Shown here piece by piece: positions 51,879 through 62,593 of a stretch of 62,746 nt of DNA (its first letter is position 1; each line of letters starts with the position of its first letter). The stretch spans positions 1 through 62,746 of the forward strand of contig JBGOTQ010000004.1 in NCBI GenBank assembly GCA_041476565.1, in the 5' to 3' direction. Under the pieces are notes generated by a model that saw only the letters and a program-made list of their open reading frames with translations, searched no databases and had not been told where the DNA came from. Both the position numbers and the translations under genes were made by a program. The stretch comes from Terriglobia bacterium. GTDB taxonomy: Bacteria > Acidobacteriota > Terriglobia > Versatilivoradales > Versatilivoraceae.

Positions 51879-52106
51879 GTACTTGGTCAATTAAACGGGG
51901 GACAGGAGAAAACGGGAGCCACCACCCATCACTGAGAAGGTGTGAAGAAATTGAAAGATGGATCCTTCCGGCAATAAGCGTGCGCGGGAGCACCCGCCCC
52001 ACTCAGGTGGAACGCGCGCTCCGCGCGCGTTTTCAGCCGTGGTTCAGAATCCGAGCGGGGTCTGGGCTGCCCCGCTTTGATTTTTTCACACCTTCTGACC
52101 TATTAC
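51879..52106. mobile_element. IS66-like MITE whose right end is interrupted by a second MITE
   Basis: Left end is 20/22 identical to 32735-32756; right end CACTGA|CCTATTAC is split; flanks TGGATTTT and TCGATATT (6/8). Confidence 0.7.
51936..52095. mobile_element. 160-bp MITE with GAAGGTGTGAA TIR and TGA duplication
   Basis: GAAGGTGTGAAGAAAT / ATTTTTTCACACCTTC (15/16); TGA on both flanks. Confidence 0.82.
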
Positions 52107-52345
52107 TCGATATTGAAATTAATTTCTCCACTGAAATCATGGTCCGACGCTCCAACTCACCATTCTGCAATTCCAAGTGCGGCTGGAGACACCGTGCCCT
52201 CCCGGCGCTGACTGGAGGTTAGGTTGGCGGGATGAGGGCATCCCACCTCCAATTACCTGTCACTGTTTGAACTGCATGCTTTTTTGACCTTATGATTCCT
52301 CCTTGAGCTAGAATTCAGTATGGCTTTGGCGCAAGGACAACTCCT

Positions 52346-54535
52346 ATGAAACCAAAGGAATACGTTTTCAGCCGTAGGGACTTCCTCAAATCTTCGGCCC
52401 TGGCTGGTGTGGCGGTTGGGACCGGAGGCGTTCATGTGACGATTCCTGAAGTTCAATCTTCAGCAAGCCAGACCTGGTTCGACAAACCCATGCGCTGGGC
52501 CCAGTTGACGCTGGTGGAAAACGACCCGGGTCGCTATGATCCTCAGTTCTGGTTGGATTATTTTAAACGGACTCATTCCGATGCGGCCTGTCTCAGTGCG
52601 GGAGGGATCGTAGCCTATTACCCGACCCAAATTCCGTTACACCATCGCAGCGCCTGGTTGAAAGACTCTGATCCATTCGGTGAGTTACTGTCCGGCTGCA
52701 GAATGCTAAACATGTACGTTCTGGCGCGTACTGATCCCCACGCTGTTCGCCAGGTTGTTTACGATGCTCATCCTGACTGGATCGCCGTCGATGCCGAAGG
52801 TCGCAAACGACGACACTGGGCCAATACTGACTTATGGGTCACATGTGCTCTAGGCCCCTACAACTTTGAATTCATGACGGTGGTCCACCAGGAGATCATG
52901 ACGCTTTACAGGGTGGACGGCATTTTCTGCAATCGCTGGGAGGGGCACGGCGACTGTTACTGCCAGCATTGCCAGAGCAACTTTCGCGCGGCGTGTGGCA
53001 TGGAGTTGCCGAGCACCTCGGATCCGCTCGACCCGGCCCGCCGCAATTATCTGGTCTGGCGCCTGCAGCGATTGACAGAACTGGTGCGCTTGTGGGACAG
53101 CGCAATTCGCAAAATCAATCCGCAAGCCCGCTTTGTTCCCAACGGCTTCCCGGATTTGAAAGTTGCAGGCGAACTGGCGGATATCCTGTTTATTGACCAT
53201 CAGGGGAGGCGCGGTCTCACGGCACCCTGGGCCAATGGAAGTTCAGTGAAGGAATACCGAGCCACCCTGGGACGCAAGCCAATTGGGGGCATTTTTAGCG
53301 TCGGACTGGAGGAACCCTATCGTTGGAAAGACTCGGTCCAGAGCGAAGCCGAAACTCGAATCTGGGTTGCAGACGGTATCGCCAATGGCATGAGGCCCTG
53401 GTTTACCAAATTCTCGGGAACACTCTATGACAAACGCTGGCTCAATGTAGTAGAGGACATTTATCGACGGCATTACCATATCGAACGCTATCTGCGCAAT
53501 GAAGCGCCACTGGCGCGAGTGGGGATGGTTTATTCAGAACAGACTCGCGAGTACTACGATGCTTCCCGCCCCCAGGCTCGAAACGGAGAACATGAACTGG
53601 GGATGTACCAAGCTCTCATCGAGGCCCGCATCCCCTTCGAGAAGGTGCATGACCGTCTGCTCGACAAGGCCCATCTGGACCCCTTCAAACTTCTAATCCT
53701 CCCCAACATCGCAGCCCTCTCGGATGAGCAGTGTCACTCGCTAGAAGCTTATGTTCAACGCGGAGGGAGTCTCCTGGCCACGCTTGAGACATCGCTTTAC
53801 GATCAGTGGGGAGTGAAGCGCAAAGATTTTGGACTTTCCGAGCTCTTCGGGGTTTCCTGGAAAGGCAAGCTGGAAGGCCCCATGCAGAATTCGTACCTTG
53901 GCTTGAATCCGGACCCGGCCTCAGCGAAATTCCACCCTGTCCTGGCTGGTTTGGAAGATGCCACACGAATCATCAATGGTGTTTGGCGCCTGGAGGTGGA
54001 ACCGCTCGCCAATTTCCCTTCCCCGCTTACCTTAATACCGTCCTATCCGGACTTGCCTATGGAAGACGTCTATCCGCGTGTTCCCCGCACGACAATTCGC
54101 GAACTCTATTTGCGAGAACTGGGTCAGAGCCGCATCGTCTATTTCCCCTGGGATATAGACCGAACCTTCTGGGAAGTCCTCTGCGTGGATCATGCAAGGT
54201 TGCTACGCAACGCCATCGAGTGGGCGACAGATGAAGAGAGACCTGTCACCGTGACTGGGCCAGGAATCTTGGATGTCTCCCTCTGGCGGCAGAAGGAATC
54301 CATGACCGTCCATTTGGTCAACCTGACCAACCCTATGATGATGAAGGGACCGATTCGTGAGCTGATCCCACTGGCTTCACAGCGGGTGAAGGTTCGGCTT
54401 CCCCAAGGGAAGATGCCTAAAAAAGTCCAGCTTCTGGTCAGTGGAGACCCTCCCCAAACGAGCGAAGCAGCGGGACTCTTGACCGTTCTGGTACCTTCGA
54501 TTTTGGACCACGAAGTCGTCGCGATTGATTTCTGA
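52346..54535 (+). CDS. Tat-exported putative glycoside hydrolase (GHL6-like TIM barrel + beta-galactosidase trimerisation domain)
   Basis: SRRDFLK; DGIFCN, CYCQHC, LLILPNIAALSD. Confidence 0.8.
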   Translation: MKPKEYVFSRRDFLKSSALAGVAVGTGGVHVTIPEVQSSASQTWFDKPMRWAQLTLVENDPGRYDPQFWLDYFKRTHSDAACLSAGGIVAYYPTQIPLHHRSAWLKDSDPFGELLSGCRMLNMYVLARTDPHAVRQVVYDAHPDWIAVDAEGRKRRHWANTDLWVTCALGPYNFEFMTVVHQEIMTLYRVDGIFCNRWEGHGDCYCQHCQSNFRAACGMELPSTSDPLDPARRNYLVWRLQRLTELVRLWDSAIRKINPQARFVPNGFPDLKVAGELADILFIDHQGRRGLTAPWANGSSVKEYRATLGRKPIGGIFSVGLEEPYRWKDSVQSEAETRIWVADGIANGMRPWFTKFSGTLYDKRWLNVVEDIYRRHYHIERYLRNEAPLARVGMVYSEQTREYYDASRPQARNGEHELGMYQALIEARIPFEKVHDRLLDKAHLDPFKLLILPNIAALSDEQCHSLEAYVQRGGSLLATLETSLYDQWGVKRKDFGLSELFGVSWKGKLEGPMQNSYLGLNPDPASAKFHPVLAGLEDATRIINGVWRLEVEPLANFPSPLTLIPSYPDLPMEDVYPRVPRTTIRELYLRELGQSRIVYFPWDIDRTFWEVLCVDHARLLRNAIEWATDEERPVTVTGPGILDVSLWRQKESMTVHLVNLTNPMMMKGPIRELIPLASQRVKVRLPQGKMPKKVQLLVSGDPPQTSEAAGLLTVLVPSILDHEVVAIDF

Positions 54536-54814
54536 TTTCCTCTTGATCTAGGCAAACGCAATTACCAATAATCTCAATGACAAAGCTTAACGCCTTCGCC
54601 AAAAAGCGAAAATTCCCAGGAGTCTCCCCAAGATTCCCATGAGCAGATAGTGGGCCGTCGCTGGACCTTGATCCATCAGGAAGATCTCATTTCCTAGTCT
54701 TTCTTCCAGGGGGATCCTCCCCCTTCTGCCGATTGGCATGCCTTCCAATGGATGTTATGTTTTCAAGGTACAGAACAATAAGCTCTCTCACTAGTAAAAG
54801 CCAGGAGGCACGAA

Positions 54815-55750
54815 ATGGAATCTATATCAGCGGGGAACGACACTACTTTAGTCGATGTTTCAGATAGTCTTGCCAAGTATGTGGAACAAGTGCTGCAAGC
54901 CACCGTTGCAGTGAATGCGCGTGAGCACTTGCCTTCAACCGGTGTTCACTGGCAGCAGGGAGTGATCGTTACTGCTGCCCACACCGTTAAGAAGGATGAG
55001 GATATCACGGTCTCCCTTCCAGATGGGCACACGATAGCGGCCACATTGGCTGGCTTGGACCTTGGCACCGACCTGGCGGCACTAAGGGTCGATTCCGGGG
55101 AACTGCCTGTGGCAAAACTGGGCAATTCGTCCACGCTCAAGTTGGGCCAAATTGTTTTGGCTGTGGGGCACGGAGGCAATAGGGGTCATTTTGCGGGTTT
55201 AGGAATTGTGGGCGGGTTAGGGGGACCGTGGCGGACCTGGCGAGGCGCCCAGATTGATAGGTTTATTCGTCCTGATCTTTCCGTGTACCCTGGTTTCTCC
55301 GGAAGTACGTTAGTTAACACCCAGGGTTTGGTTGTCGGGATTAATACAACCGGGTTGTCCCGCCGGACGCCCTTGTCGATTCCCGCCTCTACCGTCCAAC
55401 GCGTGGTTGAAGAGCTGCTCAAAAAAGGAAGAGTCGCCCGGGGGTTCCTTGGTGTGGGGCTACAGCCGGTGTATTTGCCCGATTCTCTTAAACACAAGTT
55501 GAACCTGGAAAGGCAGAATGGTGTCATCTTGCTGGGAGTCGAGCCGGACGGACCAGCGGATAAAGCTGGTTTCTTGATCGGCGATGTGTTGCTGGACCTT
55601 GACGGCAAGCCGATGGCCAAGATCAGCGATGTGCAAGATATATTAGCCCCTGAGTATGTCGGTAAGACTGTCAAGGCCTCGTTGATCCGGGCTGGCAACT
55701 CGGTGGAGTGTTCCATCACCATCGGAGAACGACCGGGCAACAAAGACTAA
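54815..55750 (+). CDS. S1C (HtrA-like) serine protease with PDZ domain, cytoplasmic
   Basis: TAAH, TDLA and PGFSG triad motifs; GFLGV..GPADKAG..GD PDZ. Confidence 0.9.
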   Translation: MESISAGNDTTLVDVSDSLAKYVEQVLQATVAVNAREHLPSTGVHWQQGVIVTAAHTVKKDEDITVSLPDGHTIAATLAGLDLGTDLAALRVDSGELPVAKLGNSSTLKLGQIVLAVGHGGNRGHFAGLGIVGGLGGPWRTWRGAQIDRFIRPDLSVYPGFSGSTLVNTQGLVVGINTTGLSRRTPLSIPASTVQRVVEELLKKGRVARGFLGVGLQPVYLPDSLKHKLNLERQNGVILLGVEPDGPADKAGFLIGDVLLDLDGKPMAKISDVQDILAPEYVGKTVKASLIRAGNSVECSITIGERPGNKD

Positions 55751-55797
55751 TCGAGTTCTTGTCCGCCTGCCTAAAGGGCAAACAAGGAAACACCCAA

Positions 55798-56100
55798 GTG
55801 ATTCGTGTTCTGGTTAATGCCACGTCCGATGTTGTCCGTGCCGGGCTGGAGTCCATGCTCTCGGCGGCACCTGGTATTTCTGTAGTAGCCAGTGCGATCG
55901 GGCTCGAGAGAATCGCTTCGCAGGTTGAAGAGTTGCAGGCTGATGTCGTCCTGGTCGAATTGCCTGCCGATGAACCCCTGTCAGGCCTACTCGATCTCAA
56001 CTCAAGAATGCCCGACTTGGGGGTCGTATTGTTGGTGGACGACTCAGATGGCCGCAGAACGCTGGAAGCGCTGCGTTCCGGAGTCCTCACGCTCCTCTCG
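55798..56100 (+). pseudogene. Truncated NarL-type response regulator (receiver part only)
   Basis: IRVLV..VVRAGLESML..ADVVLVE..ALRSG; no HTH follows. Confidence 0.7.
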
Positions 56101-56210
56101 AGAAGTTACTGGGAATGGGTCCGGTTTTGTCTTTACACCCGATGGGTCCATTTGGGAATGCTAAAATGTCAGACTATTGTGTCGTTGAATTCGAGTAGGA
56201 GAAAAAAGTC

Positions 56211-57179
56211 ATGGAGAGCCTTCGCCCCCTGGGTTGCTCACAGATCGCCATTTCCGCCATCGGCCTGGGATGTTGGCAGTTTTCTGAAGGGTTTGGGTTT
56301 GCAGGACGTTATTGGCCGCCCCTGCCTCAGGAGACTGTGAACCAAATTGTCGAGGCCAGCCTCACTGCCGGGATCACATGGTTTGATACCGCGGAAGTTT
56401 ACGGTAGAGGACGTTCCGAGGCCGCTCTTGCCAGGGCACTGATTGCCGCCGGCAAAAAGAACGGCGACGTGGTGATCGCTACCAAGTGGTGGCCCATATT
56501 GCGCACGGCAGGCAGCATCAAGGCGACGATCACTGAGCGCCTCACGCGTCTCGCGCCGTTTGGCATCGACCTGTACCAGGTCCACCAGCCGTTCGCCCTG
56601 GCCTCGACTGTTGCTCAAATGCAGGCCATGGCCGATCTTGTCGCTGGGAAAAATATTCACACTGTGGGTGTGAGTAACTTCTCAGCTGGCAAGATGCGTG
56701 CAGCACATCAGGCTCTCGCCGCAAGGGGAATCCCACTCGTTTCCAACCAGGTACCTTACAGCCTCCTGAATCGCAGGATCGAGACCAATGGAGTCCTGGA
56801 GGCCGCCAGGGAACTCGGCATTACAGTCATTGCTTACTCGCCGCTCGCTCAAGGGATTCTGTCGGGAAAATTCCACCAGGATCCGAACCTCATCCGCTCT
56901 CGGCCCGGCCCCAGGAAATGGATGACGTCGTTCCGGCGCGGCGGCCTCGAGCGCAGCAGACCCCTGGTGACGGCGCTCAAAGAGATCGCTCGGGAGTATG
57001 GTGCCACGGCGTCACAAGTGGCACTTAATTGGCTGGTACATTCTAACGGAGACGTAGTGGTGGCCATCCCCGGAGCCACGAGTGTCACGCAGGCAGCGGA
57101 GAACGCTGGGGCCATCGGCTTCCGTCTTAGCGCCGTTGAACAAAAGCGGCTCGAGGAGCTTTCGAGACTGTTCCACTGA
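56211..57179 (+). CDS. Aldo/keto reductase
   Basis: IGLGCWQF, DTAEVYG, DLYQVH, GVSNF, YSPLAQG. Confidence 0.92.
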   Translation: MESLRPLGCSQIAISAIGLGCWQFSEGFGFAGRYWPPLPQETVNQIVEASLTAGITWFDTAEVYGRGRSEAALARALIAAGKKNGDVVIATKWWPILRTAGSIKATITERLTRLAPFGIDLYQVHQPFALASTVAQMQAMADLVAGKNIHTVGVSNFSAGKMRAAHQALAARGIPLVSNQVPYSLLNRRIETNGVLEAARELGITVIAYSPLAQGILSGKFHQDPNLIRSRPGPRKWMTSFRRGGLERSRPLVTALKEIAREYGATASQVALNWLVHSNGDVVVAIPGATSVTQAAENAGAIGFRLSAVEQKRLEELSRLFH

Positions 57180-57211
57180 CATGCATCTCTCAACACCAAG
57201 GTACCAGGACA

Positions 57212-57658
57212 CTAAGAAGACAGCAGGGAAACGACCTTGGCAAGCCGGCGCAGGTGCCGCTCGGCTTGACTGAAGTCGGCTGTCAGGAAGGCCTGGACGA
57301 GGTCCCAGGCAACTTCCGGTCCCACTGTCCGCCCGCCCATACAAAGGATATTCATGTGGTCGTCCTCGACCCCTTGACGGGCCGAGAAGTGATCTTGAAT
57401 CAGGCTGGCGCGGACGCCTGGGACCTTGTTGGCGCAAACCGAGGCGCCCACCCCGCTGCCACAGATCGCCACGCCGCGTTCCACCTTCCCCGCCGCCACG
57501 GCTTGGGCTAGCGGGATGACGAAGTCGGGATAGTCGTCGCCTGGGGTCAGGCTGTGGGCACCGAAATCAACGACCTCATGCCCTGCCGCACGAAGCCGCG
57601 TAATCATCTCTTCCTTTAAACCAAAACCACCGTGATCGGTGGCGATTCCTACACGCAT
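57212..57658 (-). CDS. rpiB: Ribose 5-phosphate isomerase B
   Basis: ATDHGG, DDYPD, CGSGVG, ANKVPG, ERHLRR. Confidence 0.93.
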   Translation of the reverse strand: MRVGIATDHGGFGLKEEMITRLRAAGHEVVDFGAHSLTPGDDYPDFVIPLAQAVAAGKVERGVAICGSGVGASVCANKVPGVRASLIQDHFSARQGVEDDHMNILCMGGRTVGPEVAWDLVQAFLTADFSQAERHLRRLAKVVSLLSS

Positions 57659-57692
57659 GGATGGCTCTCCTCGGCCGGCTGTTTTCTTTCTT

Positions 57693-57831
57693 ATAAAAAT
57701 GCGAGTTTTGGTAGCCACGCCGACCGCTTTTTTCCGGGAAGCGTGGGCTTTTGGTTGTTAGAAAGAAGCCCACGGTTTGCGACGACTGCTGTCGCCAATA
57801 CGCTCACCGTGGCTACCCCTCCCATTTTCAT
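57693..57831. repeat. Double-hairpin repeat, inverted copy of 39174-39318
   Basis: CGAGTTTTGGTAGCCACG..CGTGGCTACCCCT..TTTTCAT. Confidence 0.75.
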
Positions 57832-58002
57832 CGATCGTGTTGACCTGAAAAAGGTCATGCGAAACTCCTATGAAAACGCGCGATTGAAGGTGGACGCCGC
57901 GCTCTATCGCGGCGTTTCTTTCCAACATTGAAAAGCCACGAACCTGGATATCGGTTCCGTACTTCCACAGATAAAGCGCCGTACGGCCCCCCCCAAGACT
58001 GA

Positions 58003-58130
58003 GAAGGTGTGAAAAAATCCCATCGGGCGTATGGACATGCTACGGTAGGATGGTACTCCGCGTCCGGGTTGGGTTTCCGATTGCGGACGCGCGGCAGTGC
58101 ATCCCAACCCTTGATATTCTTCACACCTTC
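58003..58130. mobile_element. 128-bp MITE with GAAGGTGTGAA TIR and TGA duplication
   Basis: GAAGGTGTGAAAAAAT / TATTCTTCACACCTTC; TGA at 58000-58002 and 58131-58133. Confidence 0.82.
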
Positions 58131-58165
58131 TGACGCAATACGTGCTTAGAGTGGCGCTTGCCGAG

Positions 58166-58873
58166 TCACGGGCCCGGCATGGGTCCCAGTTGACTAGACG
58201 CTGCGCGGTCGGCAAGCACCAGGGCCTGGTCTCGGCAGATCCTCCCCGCCGGGATCGACATATCGCCGTCGCGTAGACGCACCAATATTCCAGCCTTCTC
58301 ACTCCCGGTCACCAGCCACAGGATGCTCCGGGATCGATTTAGGATTGGGAAGGTCAACGTCATCCGCCGCCTTCCCCCGTAGACCCCAGTCAACACAACA
58401 TCTCTATCGGTAACGTCGAGGACTGGGTCTCCGGGCACCAGCGACGCGGTGTGGCCGTCGGGCCCAAGGCCCAGGTGGGCGAGGTCGAGCACCGGGGGTG
58501 AGCCGGCGAGTTCCCGGAGGGTCAGGGCGTAACGATTGGCTGCAGCCTCCAGGTCGGGCGATTCCACCGGCATGGCATAGATCTGCCCGGGGCTCAGCGG
58601 GGAATGCTCGAGCAGGCTCTCGCGCAAGTGGGTGAAGTTACGGTCCGGGTGCCCCGCAGGGGCTACTCGCTCGTCCACCTGTACTACATGCACCCCCTCC
58701 CAAGGAACCTCTTGGCCTGCCAGGGCACGCAGCATCAGCCAGGGCGTGTGGCCGCCACTGACAGCCACAATGAAACGGCCGTGCGCGGCCACCAATGCCC
58801 TCGCCTTCTCGGCAAGGATCGCCGCGGCCCTTCGGGCGACCGATTCGGCATTGGCAAGCACTTCAATCTTCAT
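58166..58873 (-). CDS. pgl: 6-phosphogluconolactonase
   Basis: SGGHTP, VDERV, LGLGPDGHTASL, RMTLT. Confidence 0.93.
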   Translation of the reverse strand: MKIEVLANAESVARRAAAILAEKARALVAAHGRFIVAVSGGHTPWLMLRALAGQEVPWEGVHVVQVDERVAPAGHPDRNFTHLRESLLEHSPLSPGQIYAMPVESPDLEAAANRYALTLRELAGSPPVLDLAHLGLGPDGHTASLVPGDPVLDVTDRDVVLTGVYGGRRRMTLTFPILNRSRSILWLVTGSEKAGILVRLRDGDMSIPAGRICRDQALVLADRAASSQLGPMPGP

Positions 58874-58912
58874 GGCAGGTCCTCAAGTCAGCCTCAGCCC
58901 AAGATTTCCTGC

Positions 58913-59929
58913 TCATTTCCTGGATTTTTCCAGGTGCCCGCCAAACTGGAACCGCATGGCCGACAGGAGTTTATCGGCGAAGTCCGCCTCGCCGCGCGAG
59001 CTAAAACGCTCATAAAGGGCTGCCGTCAGGACGTGAGCTGGCACCGCCTCGTCGACGGCTGCCCTGATCGTCCACCGCCCCTCGCCCGAGTCCGAGACCC
59101 GCCCTGCAAACCCTGATAGAGCTGGGTCCTCGAGCAGGGCGGTAGCTGTTAGATCCAGCAACCACGAGGCTACCACACTGCCGCGCCGCCATACCTCCGT
59201 GATGTCACGCAGATTGAGGTCGTACTGGTAGTGTTCGGGCTCGCGCAATGGCGTTGTTTCGGCGTCGACTGCATGTTCCTGCTTCCCCACGTTGGCCGCG
59301 TGCAAGATGCCCAGACCCTCGGCATAGGCAGCCATTAGGCCGTACTCGATACCGTTGTGTACCATCTTGACAAAGTGGCCGGCCCCGTTCGGCCCGCAGT
59401 GCAAGTAACCCTGCTCGGCGGTGCCGCCGATTTTCTCGCGGCCCGGGGTACGCGGTACGTTGCCCAAGCCGGGAGCCATGCTGGCGAAGATTGGATCCAT
59501 GTGCTTGACCACTTCCGCCTCGCCTCCAATCATCATGCAATACCCTCGTTCCAGACCCCAGACACCCCCGCTGGTTCCCACGTCCACGTAGTGGATCTTC
59601 TTGGCTGTAAGCTCCTTTGCACGCCGGATGTCGTCGACATAGTAGGAATTGCCACCGTCAATCAGGATGTCCCCCGCCTCGAGGTAGGGAAAGAGGTTGG
59701 CGATGGTCTTGTCCACAACTGCTGCTGGAACCATCAACCAGACTGCCCGGGGCTTGTCCAGTTTCTTCGCGAAGTCCTGGAGCGAAGAGGCCCCAGCCGC
59801 CTTCTCCCGGACCATTTCTTCCACCGCCTTCGGCGACATGTCAAAGGCCACACACTGGTGGCCTCCCTTGAGAAGCCTGCGCACCATGTTGGCCCCCATC
59901 CTACCAAGACCTACCATTCCGAGTTGCAT
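58913..59929 (-). CDS. gnd: 6-phosphogluconate dehydrogenase (short form)
   Basis: [36 protein letters not shown]. Confidence 0.95.
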   Translation of the reverse strand: MQLGMVGLGRMGANMVRRLLKGGHQCVAFDMSPKAVEEMVREKAAGASSLQDFAKKLDKPRAVWLMVPAAVVDKTIANLFPYLEAGDILIDGGNSYYVDDIRRAKELTAKKIHYVDVGTSGGVWGLERGYCMMIGGEAEVVKHMDPIFASMAPGLGNVPRTPGREKIGGTAEQGYLHCGPNGAGHFVKMVHNGIEYGLMAAYAEGLGILHAANVGKQEHAVDAETTPLREPEHYQYDLNLRDITEVWRRGSVVASWLLDLTATALLEDPALSGFAGRVSDSGEGRWTIRAAVDEAVPAHVLTAALYERFSSRGEADFADKLLSAMRFQFGGHLEKSRK

Positions 59930-60091
59930 GGGTGACTCCTTTTTGTGGATAAATCGTTCGACCTGTTCGGGTCGGCTTTGGGCGTTTCGCAGAAACACCC
60001 TACATGTTTCAGAGATTGGCGTTTCTCAGAAACGTCATACAGTAGAAGCGACATTTCCTCGGGTATCCGACTTGCTCAAGCCCAACAACAA

Positions 60092-61741
60092 TCATGACCT
60101 TTCCCTGAGTTTCCGGTAACGACGGATCAGGTTATTGGTGGAACTGTCGTGGCTGAGAGTGGGCTCCATCTTACTCTCCAGTTCCGGAATAATGCGCTGG
60201 GCCAGTACTTTGCCTAGTTCGACACCCCACTGGTCGAACGAGTCAATGTTCCAAATGGTGCCCTGGGTGAAAACCGAGTGCTCGTAGAGAGCCACGAGCT
60301 TGCCAAGCGCCTCCGGAGTAAGCTGCTGGGCGAGGATCGTGTTCGACGGGCGGTTACCTTCAAAAACCCGGTGGGAGACGAGCCAATCCGGTGTTCCCTC
60401 AGCCTTGACCTGCTCGGGGGTCTTGCCGAAGGCCAGTGCCTCGGTCTGGGCGCACACGTTCGCCATCAGCATGTCGTGATGCCGGCCCAGGGGATTCAGC
60501 GTCTCGACGAACGCAATGAAGTCGCAAGGGATGAGCCGGGTCCCCTGGTGGATCAACTGGTAGAAAGAGTGTTGGCCATTGGTTCCCGGCTCCCCCCAGT
60601 AAATGGGGCCGGTCGGGTAATCGACCGCGGTCCCATCGAGCGTAACGTGCTTGCCGTTGCTCTCCATCGTCAACTGTTGCAGATAGGCCGGGAATCGCTT
60701 CAGATATTGCTCGTAGGGCAGGACGGCAACAGTCTGGGCGTCGAAGAAATCGTTATACCACACGGCCAGGAGCCCCAGGAGCACGGGCAGGTTACGCTCG
60801 AGCGGGGCCGTGCGGAAGTGCTCGTCCATCTGCTGGAAGCCACCCAGCATGGCCTGAAAGTTTTTCGGGCCGATGGCAATCATCGTCGAAAGGCCGATGG
60901 CCGAGTCCATGGAGTAGCGCCCGCCGACCCAGTCCCAGAATCCGAACATGTTGGCGGTGTCGATCCCGAACTCGGACACCTTCGCGGCATTCGTCGAGAC
61001 CGCCACGAAGTGCTTGGCCACGCCCTTGACATCGCCGCCGAGGCCCTTGAGCGACCAGTCGCGCGCCGTGTGGGCGTTGGTCATCGTCTCTAGCGTCGTG
61101 AAGGTTTTCGACGACACGATGAAGAGGGTCTCCGCCGGATCGAGGTCACGGACCGCTTCCGCGAAATCGGTGCCATCGATGTTGGACACGAACCGGAACG
61201 TCATGGAGCGGTTGCTGTAATGCTTGAGTGCCTCGTAGGCCATCACCGGTCCGAGGTCCGAGCCCCCGATGCCGATGTTGATGACGTTGCGGATAGGCTT
61301 GCCCGTGTAACCTTTCCACGCGCCGCTCCGGACGCGGTTGGAGAAGTCGGCCATCTTGTCGAGCACGGCGTGTACCTGGGGGACCACGTTCTCGCCGTCC
61401 ACGACAATGGATGCCCCCCGCGGGGCGCGCAGGGCCACGTGCAGGACGGCGCGATTCTCCGAGACGTTGATCTTCTCCCCCCGGAACATGGCGTCGATCC
61501 GCGCGCGCAGGCCGGATTCCTCGGCAAGCTGCATGAGGAGCGTGAGGGTTTCGTCGGTGATGCGATGCTTCGAGTAATCCAGGTGGAGGCCCGCCGCCTC
61601 GGCCGTCAAGCGCTCGCCGCGCTTGGGGTCATCCGCGAAGAGAGTGCGGAGATGCAGCTCCCGGACATTCTTATGGTGGGCTGCCAGGGCCGTCCATGCC
61701 CGGCGTGTGGTGAGATGCTTGATGATTGCTGTCATGGTCAT
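60092..61741 (-). CDS. pgi: Glucose-6-phosphate isomerase
   Basis: [32 protein letters not shown]. Confidence 0.97.
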   Translation of the reverse strand: MTMTAIIKHLTTRRAWTALAAHHKNVRELHLRTLFADDPKRGERLTAEAAGLHLDYSKHRITDETLTLLMQLAEESGLRARIDAMFRGEKINVSENRAVLHVALRAPRGASIVVDGENVVPQVHAVLDKMADFSNRVRSGAWKGYTGKPIRNVINIGIGGSDLGPVMAYEALKHYSNRSMTFRFVSNIDGTDFAEAVRDLDPAETLFIVSSKTFTTLETMTNAHTARDWSLKGLGGDVKGVAKHFVAVSTNAAKVSEFGIDTANMFGFWDWVGGRYSMDSAIGLSTMIAIGPKNFQAMLGGFQQMDEHFRTAPLERNLPVLLGLLAVWYNDFFDAQTVAVLPYEQYLKRFPAYLQQLTMESNGKHVTLDGTAVDYPTGPIYWGEPGTNGQHSFYQLIHQGTRLIPCDFIAFVETLNPLGRHHDMLMANVCAQTEALAFGKTPEQVKAEGTPDWLVSHRVFEGNRPSNTILAQQLTPEALGKLVALYEHSVFTQGTIWNIDSFDQWGVELGKVLAQRIIPELESKMEPTLSHDSSTNNLIRRYRKLRERS

Positions 61742-62504
61742 GCTCCTTCGCTTCCTGCTGGTCATTCATCTGAGTGTCCCTGCGGTCATCAAGACGAGGC
61801 TTTGCGCGAGCGGAAGGACGACGAGCCTTTCTCCGGGTGGAAGGCTTGCGATCACTCCCCTTCTCCCACAGGCGAAACCCTCCGCGGAAAGCATTGGTGT
61901 TGTCGCCTGCCCGGCACCCTGGGGGTAGCTTTTTCAGGTGCTTGGCATTGCCGCCCCCAAGAACCACATCGTCGGGGTGGAGGGCGGCGACCAGGCGAGC
62001 AACCCCGAACTCGACATATTTCTGCCATTTCTTCTTGCCGAACCGCTTCAATCCCCTGAGCCCCACGTAATCTTCGTAGGTCCCCTTCTTACACGAAAGG
62101 TGGGCCAACTCCATGGGTACCACGATGCCGTCGACGACCAGGGCAGAGCCAAGACCGGTTCCCAGACCGAGGAAGAGCAATGTGCCGTCCTTGTAGCTCC
62201 CCAGGGCTTGCATGGCCGCATCATTGATCAGCTTGACGGGGCACCCGAATGCGGCTTCAAAGTCAAACCGGACCCAACCCGAGCCGAGATTGTGCGGTTT
62301 GGAAACCACGCGACCCCGGAGGACCAGCCCGGGGTAGCCAATCGACACCACGTCATACTTCCAGTCCTTGGCGAGCTTCTTGACGCCGGCAACCATCCGT
62401 CGGGGCGTCAGCGTCGGCCCGGAGGGAAACCACCTGGGCTCGATTTGCCCGGTGGCGAGGATCTTGACGTTGGTCCCGCCTACATCAACAACCAGCACCT
62501 TCAT
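61671..62504 (-). CDS. ppgK: ROK-family (polyphosphate) glucokinase
   Basis: [25 protein letters not shown]; the ORF runs on into the pgi start. Confidence 0.8.
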   Translation of the reverse strand: MKVLVVDVGGTNVKILATGQIEPRWFPSGPTLTPRRMVAGVKKLAKDWKYDVVSIGYPGLVLRGRVVSKPHNLGSGWVRFDFEAAFGCPVKLINDAAMQALGSYKDGTLLFLGLGTGLGSALVVDGIVVPMELAHLSCKKGTYEDYVGLRGLKRFGKKKWQKYVEFGVARLVAALHPDDVVLGGGNAKHLKKLPPGCRAGDNTNAFRGGFRLWEKGSDRKPSTRRKARRPSARAKPRLDDRRDTQMNDQQEAKEHDHDSNHQASHHTPGMDGPGSPP

Positions 62505-62593
62505 AACGAACCTCTTCTCGGTAAGCACGCGAATATCGGCAAGGGATGCAGCCTGATTCTAGGGGCCCGGAATGAACGGACCTCCCTCTTTTC

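Noticed and set aside
61671-61860. C-terminal extension of ppgK overlapping pgi as a new domain
   Set aside because: Low-complexity basic tail after GGFRLWE; most likely a lost stop codon or frameshift
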